Part shown: positions 39,301-52,848 of the stretch, in pieces
How positions within the stretch are numbered: the stretch's first letter is position 1
How the letters are laid out: the number at the start of each line of letters is the position of its first letter
DNA from: Octopus sinensis
Taxonomy: Eukaryota
Direction: 5' to 3'
Length of the DNA stretch: 64,000 nt
Assembly (NCBI RefSeq): GCF_006345805.1
Contig: NC_042998.1
Location: 173,848,001-173,912,000, forward strand
Program-made: the position numbers and the translations under genes
Notes under the pieces: generated by a model
The model's input: only the letters and a program-made list of their open reading frames with translations
Databases searched by the model: none
What the model was told of the DNA's origin: nothing

Positions 39301-40100
39301 GATGCTTCATCATGTTAAGAAGCATATGTAGATTATATTTTACCCGTTCCACTCCTTTAGATTTGATCCATATATATGTGAGTGTGTTGCTTAAAATTCT
39401 ATAGATATATTCGGTAGTATAGTATAAACCTATAACAAACCGTAGTAAATGCAGCAGTAATTTCGTAAGAGAAAATAGTTATTGTCTTACGAAGTGGGTT
39501 ACCAAGGAGTATGTTAATGGACTGTGATGGTACAGAGCTTCAAGTAAGATCCTAGATCAGTGATTGGAATACATCTGAGTGTTCACTACATTTTCTATCC
39601 ACGAAGCGAGCGTTTTTGTGTGTGTGTGTGTGTTCATGTCTAATTTAACGACTTAAATACATCAATTTATTCATATATAATTGCCTACAAAGTCGTACAC
39701 CATATAGTAATAAGTAAATATACACACACGTGTATATAAGTTTCCTTCATAATTATTGTGTATTCTAATTCTTTGTGCTTTTGTATATCTAATTCTTTGT
39801 ATATTTAATTCTTTGTGCATGCTTTTACTATACAAATATTTTGCCATAATGCAGTGCATCACAATATTACTTTCCTGTTATAACACTTAACTTTTAAAAT
39901 CAGAATTGTCGTTCTTTACAATAACAAAGAGTAAATTTGTACCATATTGCCTATTTATTTCTGCGATGCACCTGCAAGATTTCCATGTATTTACAATGAA
40001 TAAAATGAGTGCTGTACGCTATGTCAATATTTAAAACAGTGTTTCTGAAGAGAAATACATGCTTTCGATTTGTAACGTTGCTAATTCTTTTATGAAAATA

Positions 40101-40182
<82 letters not shown>

Positions 40183-40189
40183 TATATGT

Positions 40190-40554
40190 ATATATATATA
40201 TATATAAACGGCAAAATGTCTGTGTGTGTATCCTTTATACAAATTCACAATTTTTCAGTTAGAGGGCTCGCACTTACTATGGTCATTCAAAACCGCCCAA
40301 GGGTGGTCGTGCACATCTTTACATTTCCCCATGCACCTCGCAAAGCCATTAAAAAATCAATAGAAATGACTTTTTGTGAATTTTATATCCAAAACCCAAC
40401 CAAAATGCCCAAAACTTGATACGCCAATTGAATGCCAGCTAGCTGTACGTGATTTGTCGGAGATTTGGACAGTACTCGCGTGTATGTGCGCACGAAAGGA
40501 GCTTTATATGCATGCACTAACATATGACCCGGCAACGCCGGGTCATAGTGCTAG
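40190..40554 (+). mobile_element. Non-autonomous Helitron
   Basis: tatataaacggc 5' motif as in the other copies; hairpin tgacccggcaacgccgggtca then CTAG|T. Confidence 0.75.
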
Positions 40555-41149
40555 TCCTTAATAACTCAGCTTATACCTCAACCAAGAATATATAAAGATC
40601 GGCAAGAATATATAAAGCTCGATGAGTGCTCTTTTTTAGTTGTAAATCTCTATAAAATAATTCCACTAATATTCTAACGTAGAGTCAATACATTACACCT
40701 GTCTGAACATATTTTGTGGTCAGACATCAGCATTACAGGACAGGATAATAGTTTAAATTCATGAGGAATTAACTAAGTGATTTCATTACAATACTCAGTT
40801 TAAAATATTCCAGCCTCCTTAATTATGCTGCTAAGAAGAGAATCAACATCACAACTTATCGTTTTACTAGTGAATGATTGAATTAGTAACTATCGTTGTA
40901 TTTGCTTGTATATTGACAAGCTACGGTGTCTGCAAAGGGTAACAGCCTAATTGATATAATAGTTTGCACATCAATTTGTACCAATTAGTGATTTGAGAAT
41001 TGTCAATGGAGAAACACTTAACAGCTACTGCTACTGAAAACTTAAGTGTAAATAAGTAACATGGGTCTTGCTCATGTGTAAACAGACGCACGTTGTCAGT
41101 TGTCAGAGGTAAATTAAAATAATTTTAAGAGCTTCACTACGTTAACCAC

Positions 41150-41202
<53 letters not shown>

Positions 41203-41497
41203 GACGAAGCAAGTGTAACTCATGCTGAAACACCTCTTTTAGTTATGTAAATTCCCGAATATTACTCTTTATATATTTGCTAATATTACTCTTTGGTAAA
41301 GTATAAATACGCCAGCTACTGTTATCTCTACCTGTAAAATCAATTTAGCTAACGGAAGTTTTAAAACACATGATTATTTATATCATAAAGATTAATCAGA
41401 ATTCGGGTAGACATCTTAGAGCGCAATGGCTTCAAGTCTTCTTGAATTTGTTATACAACTTTCGTAATCCACAATATTTATATATACATATGCATGT

Positions 41498-41571
<74 letters not shown>

Positions 41572-42068
41572 GTATATATATGCATGTCTATGCGTGTATA
41601 TATGTATGAATGCATGTATGCATGTATGTATGTATGTATGTATGTATGTATGTGAAATGATATATATTTATGTGAGTGTGTGTGAGTGTATGTGTGTGTT
41701 TTTTGCGTGACTGTGTCCTTCATGAATACTAATAATAGTGACGTCATAAAATTGCGTTCAATTTTGTTTAAATTATTATGAGGTTTCATATAAGATTTAT
41801 TATAAGTGAATTTAAATATATTTACATAATCTCTTTCAGTAGTACACACACACGCGCGTATACATACACATACACACATACTCACAGAAAAAGATAGAGA
41901 TATATATCTGTGGACTTATATACATAAATATATACATACATTATATACGTGTGTGTATGTGTGTGTATCAAATATATATGCATATATATATGAATATATG
42001 AATTTATTATAGATGCACATAAATACAAATATCTATATATATAGATACATACACACACACACACACAT

Positions 42069-42102
<34 letters not shown>

Positions 42103-42851
42103 CGAAGAAAACACTCTGAAGATAAAGATCTATGAAAATAGAGTTTAGAATTTTTCTACTCCGTATTTCGTGTTACCGCTTTTTGACACGACTAAATATT
42201 GACAATAATATCCACGTTTATAGAGCAATGAAAAACCAGGCATGATAAATGATGAAATTCTAGTTTTGAAACCCTCGTAATGCAAATTTAGCAGTATTTA
42301 AAACAGGATTGCTGAAAAGCATCAAGTTATGAGAGAATTAACGAAATTTAGAACACAATGATTCACAAATCTATGAGAGAAAAATGTTCAGGTGGGAAAA
42401 GAAGGAATGGACATAGATCAAAAAGGGAGGGACTGAAAAGAAGGGAGAAATATTTTTAAAAAATGAAACAATGTGAAAAGAAAGTATGAAGGGAACCATA
42501 AAAAATGGAAATAAAATGTTTTTAGTTATGGAGATTGTAAAGTTCTCACCGATTTAATATAAGTTAAGATACCGTTATAGAATTCAAACGATAGAACTTC
42601 GCATACATACGTGTATGTGTTTGTATACATATATGTATACCACATATACATATGACACTTTTCTTGGTTTTAGACATTGGGTTGCTATCATACTGGTGCA
42701 CTACTGTGAATTGTTTTAGTCGGACCTCAACATTACAGGGCATAAACGAATGCACAGCTTTGTCAAGCAGTGTCAGAAAAAAGACAGTCATAAATACAGA
42801 CATATACAAATGCCCACACAAACATACATCATATTCACGGATGCCTGGATG

Positions 42852-42951
<100 letters not shown>

Positions 42952-44790
42952 TAGAGAGAGACAGACAGAGAGACAGAGAAACTTTTATCGTGCTGTCGCC
43001 GGGTTTCACCTGCGAAACAATTGTTTTCCCGTCTTCCCTAAGTTACTATAGAAGACACTTGCCCAAGATGCTCAGAAGAATGAGAGAGCTCGAAATTCTG
43101 TGAGTGCGAAGCGACTTTCAAGTGGACCTCGCTAAGATCATCAAATCTGCCAAGTGGTGAGGTTAAACAGCGCAAGGGATTAAAACAACTACATACAGGG
43201 ATTTAACTTAGTGTGCAAAGAGTCAGAATGAATACCGTTAGGTCTCTGGTCCTATAACCATAAAGTAATGCCAAAGCAACATCCTGCATTCGTACTCTTT
43301 CATCGACGCCGAAATGAAGAACTTGATCTGAGAGAAGAGAAAGTCGGAACAAATTCCACGAAACACTCAGCAGCACACTAATAGCGATCCTGCTATTTCT
43401 CTGTCATTAATTTAAAAACAAATCTTGTGTTTGCATTTTACGGTTCTATGTTGTACTGGACATCGGACAGTCTTATGGCGGTCACTTACATTATTTATCT
43501 AAAAACGAAAATGCAAGACGCGTGCACAACGATTTTTTCCTGGAGAAAGGGACCCATGGAACTTCCCACCACGTGACATTTGTGAAACAGAAAGAGATTA
43601 ACTGACCTCAGTAATGAACTGGTGCGTTATCTAGTGACTCCGTAAGGAGGATGGTCGTAGTTAACTTAGTGGGACTTGAAATCAGAGTATAGGAAGCCGG
43701 AACATGGATCGCAAAGCACTTTTGTCGACATTCTAACGACTGTACCAGTTTTCCGCCTTGAAGTTAAATATTCTCTATTAAAACACATGAAATTTTATCG
43801 AAAATTAATTCAGTATTTTATTTTAAGCATTAAATCAAAGCTCGTGTTGTATATTACCTGTAAGATGTGTAATGTTATTCGTTCCATGTGGAAAATTTTC
43901 GGTCAAAGATGTCACGTAATTAACTAATGGTGAATGAAGTGGGTTGTGTTGGGTTTTTATAGTCTGAGCAACAGTTGCAGTGAAATCTTAACTGGAGTCT
44001 AAATGTCTAGCGTTGTTTTGACAAGATGCTCTTCTATTTTAAAGATTTACTGATCAAATTTCGTATTCATAGAAATATATTTTTTACAATTAATTTGAAT
44101 AATTATTATCCTGAATTATCATTTATATTAACTCTTAGATATACATACACACAAGTATGTATACGTAGAAATTCACTTCTACTTTTTCTCCTTTTTTTCT
44201 CTTTAATTGAGTGACCAGTCTGGATCATGGGGATAAAGCCAGTAAACATTAATTTGGGTCACTATAGAATAAACAATATTTATTGGTCATGAAACGTCCA
44301 GAGACAATTTAATAAACTACAAAGCAACAAATAATTTTATCGTATATTTTTAAAATAAGAGTTGCTGAACAAAGCACGCTTTGCCATTTTTAGTAATAGT
44401 CATATCGAAGTAAACAATAAATAGTATGACTGTTTTTTCCAACACTAGACAAAGGAATATTTTTTAATTCTGTATTTTATCACCAGAGCAGATCTGGGTA
44501 AGAGAATGTTTCTTGCTCTGTTGACTTTCATATTGATAAGGACCCTCTTTGTTTAGTACTATTTAAAAAAAATCTTACTTTCAACCCTTATTTAATCAGG
44601 ACAGTTGTAAAAATAGGCTGCTGGATGGAACAGTAGTGATAGAAATTTATAATGTACAGTACCTTGTAAGCTTTCAGAAGTGGGAGAAAATCTCTTTTTT
44701 AGGATATTAGAAAGAGATCATTTATTTTATTAAAAGAAATACTAAATTTCTAAATCTCTCGTAGAGACATGTACGGTGGTGGGGCGATAG

Positions 44791-45004
44791 AATGGTTGTA
44801 TGCTGTCAATCTAACACGAACGTGACAGTAGGGGGGTACACCACCGCTGTATATCCCTAGGAAGCATCGACGCCTCCTGATGGCTTTGACACAGGGAAAA
44901 ATGTGTCAAAGCCATCAGGAGGCGTCGATGCTTCCTAGGGCTATACAGCGGTGGTGTACCCCCCTACTGTCTCGTTCGTGTTAGATTGACAGTATACAAC
45001 CATT
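44791..45004. mobile_element. Hairpin MITE-like element
   Basis: About 103-bp near-perfect inverted arms around an 8-nt loop (gggaaaaa). Confidence 0.7.
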
Positions 45005-46528
45005 TATTTTATTCTATTTACTAAATATGGATCTTGTAGTGCGTCTGTGTTAATACTTGAAAGTAAAAAACAAATCCAAGGATCAACTAGTTACCTCCCT
45101 TATTTGACAGTTTTATCTCACCTCTTCGTCACACATTATTCATACTAATAATCTCAATGCTCTCTCTAGTGAACGGCTTACTGTGTCTTCTCGCTGCACG
45201 AGCACTTATCTAAATTTGATAACTTTACTTCATGAATATTTTGTTTGAAGGTTGGTGCTCTTCTGTACCCCACCGTTCATTAAATATGTCGTGCAAATAA
45301 CAAAATTGGGTTTTTATAAATTTAAGAGAAGATGAAACACTTGATATTGTTCTGTTATGGTATTAGAATGCAAAATTCGCGCAAAAAAATACTGAAAAAA
45401 TTTGTCCGCAACTACTTTTATAGAGGAATTCATGATTCTATCGATTTTGTTGAGTATATTTGAATATTCCTAACTAATCTTCTTTTACCAATATAAACAT
45501 GGCGCTTAGAAAAATGTGCTGTCAAATAAAAGTGTTTCTTTTAATAACGTTACAGTTGATTTTATTTATTCCCTGCAGAATGCAACAATTTTTTAAAAAC
45601 AGAATAATGATCAGCTAAATTTAAATTTAAAGTAAAGGATTAAAAGGAACGCAAGATGGAGTTGATATAATACCGAGAGATTTGGATTTTCCCCAGTGAG
45701 ATCGAAGGTTAGGTCGATTTACGCATGAACATTATTGTATGCTAGTCCATTGCCAAGAGACGTAACTGCCAGATAACACAATCTATTTAGCGTAAAAGTA
45801 TGCGCTGCAGTGTATGAATAACTATCATATAATTCACGTATTGATTTGTTGTTTTAAAGAGTTCCTGTAGCACTGAAAAATAGCAACCCCACTGTTTGGA
45901 ATCAAATCCAAAGTCCCTCTTTTGTCTTTGTCTGCCTTTAAATCGGACATGGGTTCTCTAAATATCAACTCGATAATTGTTTCAGCACCGTCCTAGTAAC
46001 GTTTTGCGACTGCAACGGTGGCTGTAGGCTCAAGTGATGTTTTCCTTTCTCATGGTTTACACTGGCGATGTAGAGAAAGAAGGCGTGTTGCATGAACAAA
46101 ATCCTTTTCTCCATAATTCCCTACCAAATCCTGAACCCTAAATGAAGCTTTATCTAAGAGTAAATTATTAATAGCAAATGACTTTTAAATGACGTTGCAT
46201 CAGTCATTTCCACTGATCTGTAAACGTTAATAAAATACTCTAGTGTAACAGATGCTCAGATATTCAATAACAGAAACTAATTATTGATAGCTACATATAC
46301 ATGATTTCACTAATTAGGAAAGATATGCTGGTTATCCTGAAAATAGGATAAAAATTATTTTATTACATGTCCACTGGCTTTTCGAGACATCAGGACAGTT
46401 TTAAAGAAAAATGTTTCTTAAGAAATATAGTATGTCGATATAAGTATGAGGTATCTTCGAATTGTAGCTTTTGACTTTCGAGCTCAATGGAAAAGACTAG
46501 TTGGATGTCAATATTACATTAGTGCAAA

Positions 46529-46925
46529 TCTTTATATATAAAAGTGAGGCTGTGTGCTGTCTGTCTCCTACGATTTAGGTTCCTAACTACTCCCACATTT
46601 TGCGGTGCAGTTTAACCAAAACCGGATGTCTTATAGTCGTGATTCATATCGAGCCCTTCTGGGTATTAGCGCGCGTCTACGATGAGTCTACGATAAAAAA
46701 AAATTACCCTTAATTTTTCCCATTTTTAATGCATTTTTGGCATATATAAGGGACGTAACTCTCTAAAAATTTATTATTAATTCTCAGAACGTAAAAAGCT
46801 ACAGTAACACCCCCCCCCCCTTTGTGGTTAGCCATATTGAGATGGCTATTATACTTTACATCTCTAAAAATGCTTATATAGTTATTTCCCTTACAAACCC
46901 GAGCAACGCCGGGCGATACTGCTAG
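46529..46925 (+). mobile_element. Non-autonomous Helitron
   Basis: A|TC start; the last about 70 bp match the 3' end of 3649-4021, including the hairpin and CTAG|T. Confidence 0.75.
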
Positions 46926-47826
46926 TAACATATAAAAACTTGATGTGTGCAGGTAATTGCAATAATATATATATTGTTTACAAGCCTTTACACTTAATAT
47001 GAAATCATGATCAGTGAGCTCGTAGTATGGCAAGAGGTTTCCTGCAATTTTCGTCCAGAACATTTACTTTTGCAGATATATAATAAAGTAAAATTTGTTG
47101 TTTGGTCAACAACTCTGAAACTGTATTCGGTGATATCAGTTGGAATTTACAACTTAAATTGCCTCAAAACTTGACATCACAAATAACATTTTTGGAATAC
47201 GTGTTACATAAATGGCATCAAGAATTCCTTTCAGACATCTATTTATTTTATTTTTTAAGTTTCGAGACCTCAGAATCACTACATCACCATATGACTGTCT
47301 TATTTCAAAGGCTTCTGATAATTTTATAGAATTTAATTATGTTGAAAATAAAATTCCTTGAAACCTTATTATATAAAGGTGAAATAAGTCATATAAAATG
47401 TTTCGTCTTATTTCTCGAAATGAAATGATCTTAATTTAATACAACGATTTCAACAGGCTACAAGTTAATTTTTGCAAGTCAAAATGTTTTCTGATTAGAT
47501 TTGGAGTAAAAAGAAAAATACAGAAACAATCTTCTCTGACTCAACGTTTGCGTAGTTTTGCTATGATTCAATTGTCAGTGCTACTATTCAACATGTTTTA
47601 CTACTTGTTTTATCTCAACTTTTACTTTCCCAAACCAATGCACATAAGTTTCTAAAACAATTTTTGAGAGTTTCTACTCGTGTATTGTCAACACACAGAT
47701 GATGTTCGATTACTTTTTTAAAACTATCTTTCTCCTAATCCTCTCTTCACCCCTCCTTCTTTCTACCTCTCTACGTATTTGATTAGCCAAACATGCTTCA
47801 GTGAATCTGTATCAACTGGCCCATCT

Positions 47827-47868
<42 letters not shown>

Positions 47869-48700
47869 ACTCCCTCTCTCTTTCTCTCTCACTCGTCCAT
47901 TATATTCTTCAATATTACTTTTCTGCCACAATTTCCAAACATACGTGCAATTTTCTGTTAGAAAATGTTTTTCTTACACACACACGGCTCGCTTAATTGA
48001 GGTAGGGGTAAAAATTTAGATTACAAGTCTTTTTTTGTTGCATCAATGGACCATGCGTGTGTTACTTTAGTACCATCATTCTATAAAATGTGTTTAATGT
48101 GAGAAAAATATTGGAAAAACATCAACACATGTGAGAGTGAAAACGGAGATTGGATTGGGTTGTGCGCGAAACAACCAAACAGCCAAACAGCCAAACCTTC
48201 CTTGAATTGCTCACATTATCCTCTGAAAATATTTACAATTCTTTTTCCAACAAGACTCCTCCCATGGTTTTTAAGTTTAAAAAATAGCCAACATCGGTCC
48301 TGATAGTAAGGCTTATAGCATTCCAAACAGCCATAACAACAAAATCACTTCGACCATTTTTGTCAAAATAAATTTTAGCAAAATTATTAATTCAACAAAC
48401 TCCGGAAACTGATAATATTCTTGAAATTGTACCTCATATCAAAGTTATACAGCTATTTTGTCTAATAGCATGCATTCATTCAACACAAAGTCACTTAAAA
48501 TTTATACCAGTATATTAAAAAAAATTCATTTTATCAAAGATTTATTTATCAAACTGCAGAAACTGATAACATTCTTTAAATTGTGTCTCTTATCAAAGAT
48601 ATACAGCTATTATTAAAGCATCATTAATGAAAATAGGAAAGGGAGAGAAGGAGGGCCAAAGCTGTGTGGAGTTTTCAGGATATTTATAAAGAGAAAATTA

Positions 48701-48748
48701 GTCTTACAGCTGTTTCTGAGATATTAGGGATATCTCTTCATCAGAGAC
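48701..48748 (-). ncRNA. Hammerhead ribozyme motif, family A, intact core
   Basis: Minus strand: gtct CTGATGA a gagatat-cccta-atatctc a GAAA cag-ctg TA agac; loopless palindromic stem III. Confidence 0.82.
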
Positions 48749-49836
48749 GATGTGAGAGGGTTAAATAGAGGGTTAAACAGAGTTCAATGTAGGAGTTATT
48801 TTAGAAAATGAAATAAATAAGGAGTGTATAGGAAAATAGGAGAATGACTGTAGAAATAGAAATAAAAATGTATAAAGACATTATAGTTACAGTTCCATTA
48901 TCCAAGGAAATTGGTGTGTAGAGGTGGTATAAATGCTTCCTGTCCGTGGTAGTTAAATTCTAATTGGAGTTCATATTTTATCATTAGAAATAGGAAATGT
49001 AGATACGTAGATTCTGTGTGCTGTTCATTCAAAGGAGTCTTGTGATAGTATTAACTGGATAGAGGGGAGAGAAGCGATGTGTATGTTAAAATAAAGAGAG
49101 CGGTCAAATAAAAAAAATTGAGAAAAGGAGAGAAAGAGGAAGAGAAAATGAAAACAAAAACAAAAAGAAGATGAAAAACGTGTAAGGAAGTGAAAAAATG
49201 AAACGACTGTTAGTTGGTGGTCAAGATATTAAGAGGGTGGATGGGAGAGGAGTAGGGGAGGGTAGGAAGAGATAATGTAAGTAATGAATATGTGTGACGT
49301 GTGTGAGGTTGGGTTATATATTAGAATGGCATTTTTTCATTTTTCATTTTTTTCAGTTTTTTCACTTTTTTACACTCTTTCTTCGTTCCCTTTTCTTGTT
49401 TTCATTTTCTCTTCCTCTTTCTTTCTTCTTTTCTCACCTTTTTCCTTTGATCTCTCTCTCTTCATTTTAACATACACATCTCTTATCTCCTCTCGATACA
49501 CTTAATACTATCATTACATTCTCAAACTTTCATTCACACAATAATACCCCTTTGAATGAACAGCACATGGAATCTACGTATCCACACTTTCCATTTGTGA
49601 TGACAAAATATGAAATCATATTGGAAATTACCTACAACGGACAGGAAGCAATTACACCACTTCTACATACCAATTTCTTTGGGTAATGGATCTGTAACTA
49701 TAACGTCTTTATGCATTTTTATCTTTATTCCTACATTCATTCTCCTATTTCCTTATACACTCCTTATTTGCTTCCTTTTCTAAAATAACTCATATATTGA
49801 ACTCTAATATTTCCATCTATTTAACCCTCTCACATC

Positions 49837-49884
49837 GTCTCTGTTGAAGGGATATCTCTAATGTCCCAGAAACGGCTGTAAGAC
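49837..49884 (+). ncRNA. Hammerhead ribozyme motif, family A, core A6-to-U change
   Basis: gtct CTGTTGA a gggatat-ctcta-atgtccc a GAAA cgg-ctg TA agac. Confidence 0.7.
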
Positions 49885-50387
49885 TAACTTTCTCTTTATA
49901 AATATCCTGAAAACTCCACACAGCCTTGGCTTTGTTGTCTCATTTTATCTAACGTATACATGCTCATACAAGACCCGCATTAGACTCCTCACTCGTATCA
50001 TTATCGAACCGAAAGTTTAACTACGATCCTTCCATGGCACTTACATAGCGTTACCTAACACCTTGGATCTTCTTGATACCAATGCCTCTCATATATATAC
50101 ATGTGTGTGTATGTGCGTGTGTGTATGTGCGTGCGTGTGTGTGCGTGAAACCACTAAGACATCTCAGAAACCAACTAATGAGAACATCAGCAGCGAATGC
50201 TCCTTGTATCGTGTTTATGACTCCCTTTTGTTCCTTATGTTTTCACCCAGTTTTCGTATATTTTCCTCTTCTTTGTCTGACTTTTGGAAGATACATATAT
50301 ATGTAGGTCCCGGGTTGAGTCGAGGTTAACCACAGTAAATAAGGTACTCAGTACATAGCAGAGTAAAATAATTTATTCTATAGAAGG

Positions 50388-50438
50388 AGCTTCTACAGGA
50401 CTAGAACTGTTTCATTCAGATGAAATCTTCAGGAAGCT
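50388..50438 (-). ncRNA. Hammerhead ribozyme motif, family B (CUGAAGA core)
   Basis: Minus strand: agcttc CTGAAGA tttc-atct-gaat GAAA cag-ttctagtc-ctg TA gaagct. Differences from the other copies fall only at N7 and in loop II. Confidence 0.85.
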
Positions 50439-50511
50439 GGCTGTCAAAATAAGTTCTGGTATTTATGCATTTAGGCAGATGTAATGGAGTGGTGGTGGGG
50501 GACGTTTTTTG

Positions 50512-50585
<74 letters not shown>

Positions 50586-50884
50586 ATGTGTGTATGTGTG
50601 TGTGTGTCTGCATATTTGTGTGTGTGCGTGTGCCACGCTTTGTGTTGTTATATCTCCCCTTTATATATTTCTTTCTCAAAGTCCCTAGTTACATTTATTT
50701 CTCATATCTCTTTGTTTATCTGATATTCTATTACCGTTTCTCTGTCTCACTTTGGAATTTCACATCTTTGCTCCGGCATCTCGTCTCTCAACTCATTTCT
50801 CTCTCTCTTTCTCTTTCTCTTTCTCTCGGTTTCTCTCTCTCTCTCCTTTTCTCTTTCTCTCCCTCTCGTTCGTGAAGACACATT

Positions 50885-51180
50885 GTTTAGAGGCTAGGGC
50901 ATACGGCTCAAGACCGTAAGGCCGCCAGTCCGATTCGCAGCTTTGAATTGTGTCCTTCAGCAAGACACTATTTTTTCTTGCTGCAGTCTACTCAGCTGGC
51001 AAAAACGGCTGTACGTGTGACTCAATGGGCCAGTGACAAAGGGCTGTGACATTTTGTGTCAGGCTGAATCTCACTTATAACTACGTTAAGAGTACGTGTG
51101 TCTGTGGCGTGCTCAGCCACATGCACGTCAACTCTACGAGCAGGCTGTTCGGAGAGCCACGTCAGGCCTGTATCGTTATA
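50885..51180 (+). mobile_element. Degenerate tRNA-derived SINE
   Basis: Tail gtgtctgtggcgtgctcagccac...acgagcaggctgttc shared with 19172-19550. Confidence 0.55.
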
Positions 51181-51492
51181 TCTCTATATCAGTCTTTCAA
51201 TTTATTTATCAGTCTATCATTCCCATTTCCCAACCATAGTATTCTGCCATATGTATCTGATTCTCTCTTTTCTCACTGCCAGGCACTTTTTTTCCATTCA
51301 GGACAAACCATGAACGTTTGTGAAAACATGAAAACTCATTCCCAACGAATAGATTGGTACATACATGCATAAATGTACACATGCATTCATAAATACATAC
51401 ATACATACATACATACATACATACATAATACATACATACATACATACATACATACATACATACATACATACATACATACATACGTAAATACA

Positions 51493-52310
51493 TATGCTAG
51501 TACCAACACTTGAGATATTGGAATGGATTCTTGACGAGATCCGCTACCTGGACATCAAAACTACAAAGATACTGACCATCACTGGCAATTTCCACATCAG
51601 CAGTGACACCAGCAGTATCTATGGGATACGAAGAGATGCCGGCAGAGACATAAGGCCAATCCAACAACCTTTGAATGTGACTCTGAGCAGCTACTCTGCG
51701 AATGCAAAGCTTGTAAGAAAAGCTGACATCATGTATGGGTACATATACCGTAAGGTAGAAAATGACAATAGCATTGACAAGAAAAGTAGCTTCGTCTGGA
51801 TCTGTGATAGTTGTATTAGATCCCACCCTGAAGTATATGCCTTCGCAATCCAGGAACAGGAGATAGCTACTAAATATCTGATAAACAAGTGAGGGACAAA
51901 GATAACAACAAACGTGAATGAAAACAGAAAATGTCTGCTATGTTATACCGCTGTGGATGATGTCATCCACATCAGCAGCAGCTGCCTCGATATGTGTATA
52001 AGATATTACTTGTCCCTGAGGCATGATATAGTTGTAAAGATTATTTACAATACTATCTGCATGGAGGACAGACGAGGTATACATAAATCACATGTGAGAT
52101 CCATCTTGTATTCACACCTTTAGAAACAAGAAATACCGGTGAAACACTCCGATAAAAACAGTAAATTTCTCGAAATATAACAGAGTTGATACTGTTCTGT
52201 GGGACAGGGAACAAAAGTCAAGCAGTCTTGAAGAGGTCAGTTACCTACCGGATGTGAATGTATCATCAAAAGTCCAAGAAAAAGTGAACATTTATGGCAA
52301 ATAAATGCAG
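51493..52310 (+). pseudogene. R4/Dong-like LINE fragment (Zn knuckle plus restriction-like endonuclease)
   Basis: FAIQEQEIATKYLINK, CLLCYTAVDDVIHISSSC..RHDIVVK (CCHC-like), LWDREQK..EVSY..DVNVSSKVQEK. Confidence 0.7.
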
Positions 52311-52406
52311 CACTTAAAGCTCTTGCATTCTAACTATAAATTTTCATTTACATTATTTACATTATTTACATTTGACGGATATTCGTCCACATCTTGTTCG
52401 TTGCTA

Positions 52407-52450
52407 ACACAACGTTTCGGTTGATATACTCTCCAGCTTTCATTAGGTGT
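52407..52450 (-). ncRNA. Hammerhead ribozyme motif, family D, G5-to-A change
   Basis: Minus strand: acac CTAATGA a agctg..caacc GAAA cg TT gtgt. Confidence 0.6.
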
Positions 52451-52507
52451 CGTGGGGAATTTCGAACCTGGGTTCTCATTCTTAAGGTATTTTTCGATGT
52501 TATTATT

Positions 52508-52540
<33 letters not shown>

Positions 52541-52804
52541 ATTCAGATCACTGCCTGGAATCGAACTTGGAATCTTGGGGTTAGTAGCCCGCGCTCTTAA
52601 CCACAATGGGCATATGGCGTAATGGCTGAGAGCGCGGTACTAATCCCAAGATTCCGAGTTCGATTCCGGGCAGTGACCTGAATAATAACAACAACAATAA
52701 TAACGATAATGATGATGATGATGATGATGACGATGATGATGATGACGATGACGATGTTGATGATGATGATGATGATGAGAACTCAGGTTCGAAATTTCCC
52801 CAAG

Positions 52805-52848
52805 ACACCTCATGAAGGCTGGAGGGTATATCAGCCGAAACGTTGTGC
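52805..52848 (+). ncRNA. Hammerhead ribozyme motif, family D, G5-to-C change
   Basis: acac CTCATGA a ggctg-gagggtatat-cagcc GAAA cg TT gtgc. Confidence 0.62.

Larger units (their letters stand above)
48655..49930. mobile_element. About 1.3-kb foldback of two Penelope-like termini, family A
   Basis: 48655 to about 49205 is a diverged reverse complement of about 49330-49930; an HHR motif lies near each outer end. Confidence 0.8.

Noticed and set aside
41197-41260. HHR-like agacga..gca/tgc..gaaac next to (AT)n
   Set aside because: The CUGA core and the 5' strand of stem I are missing.
42250-42290. HHR-like tgatgaaattctagttttgaaaccctcgta
   Set aside because: No C3 and weak stems; at best a decayed copy.
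47102-47329. 75-aa ORF
   Set aside because: Non-ATG start, no motif and AT-rich; consistent with chance.
52615-52680. Functional tRNA gene
   Set aside because: No complete acceptor stem; it runs straight into a repeat tail, so it is treated as a SINE head.
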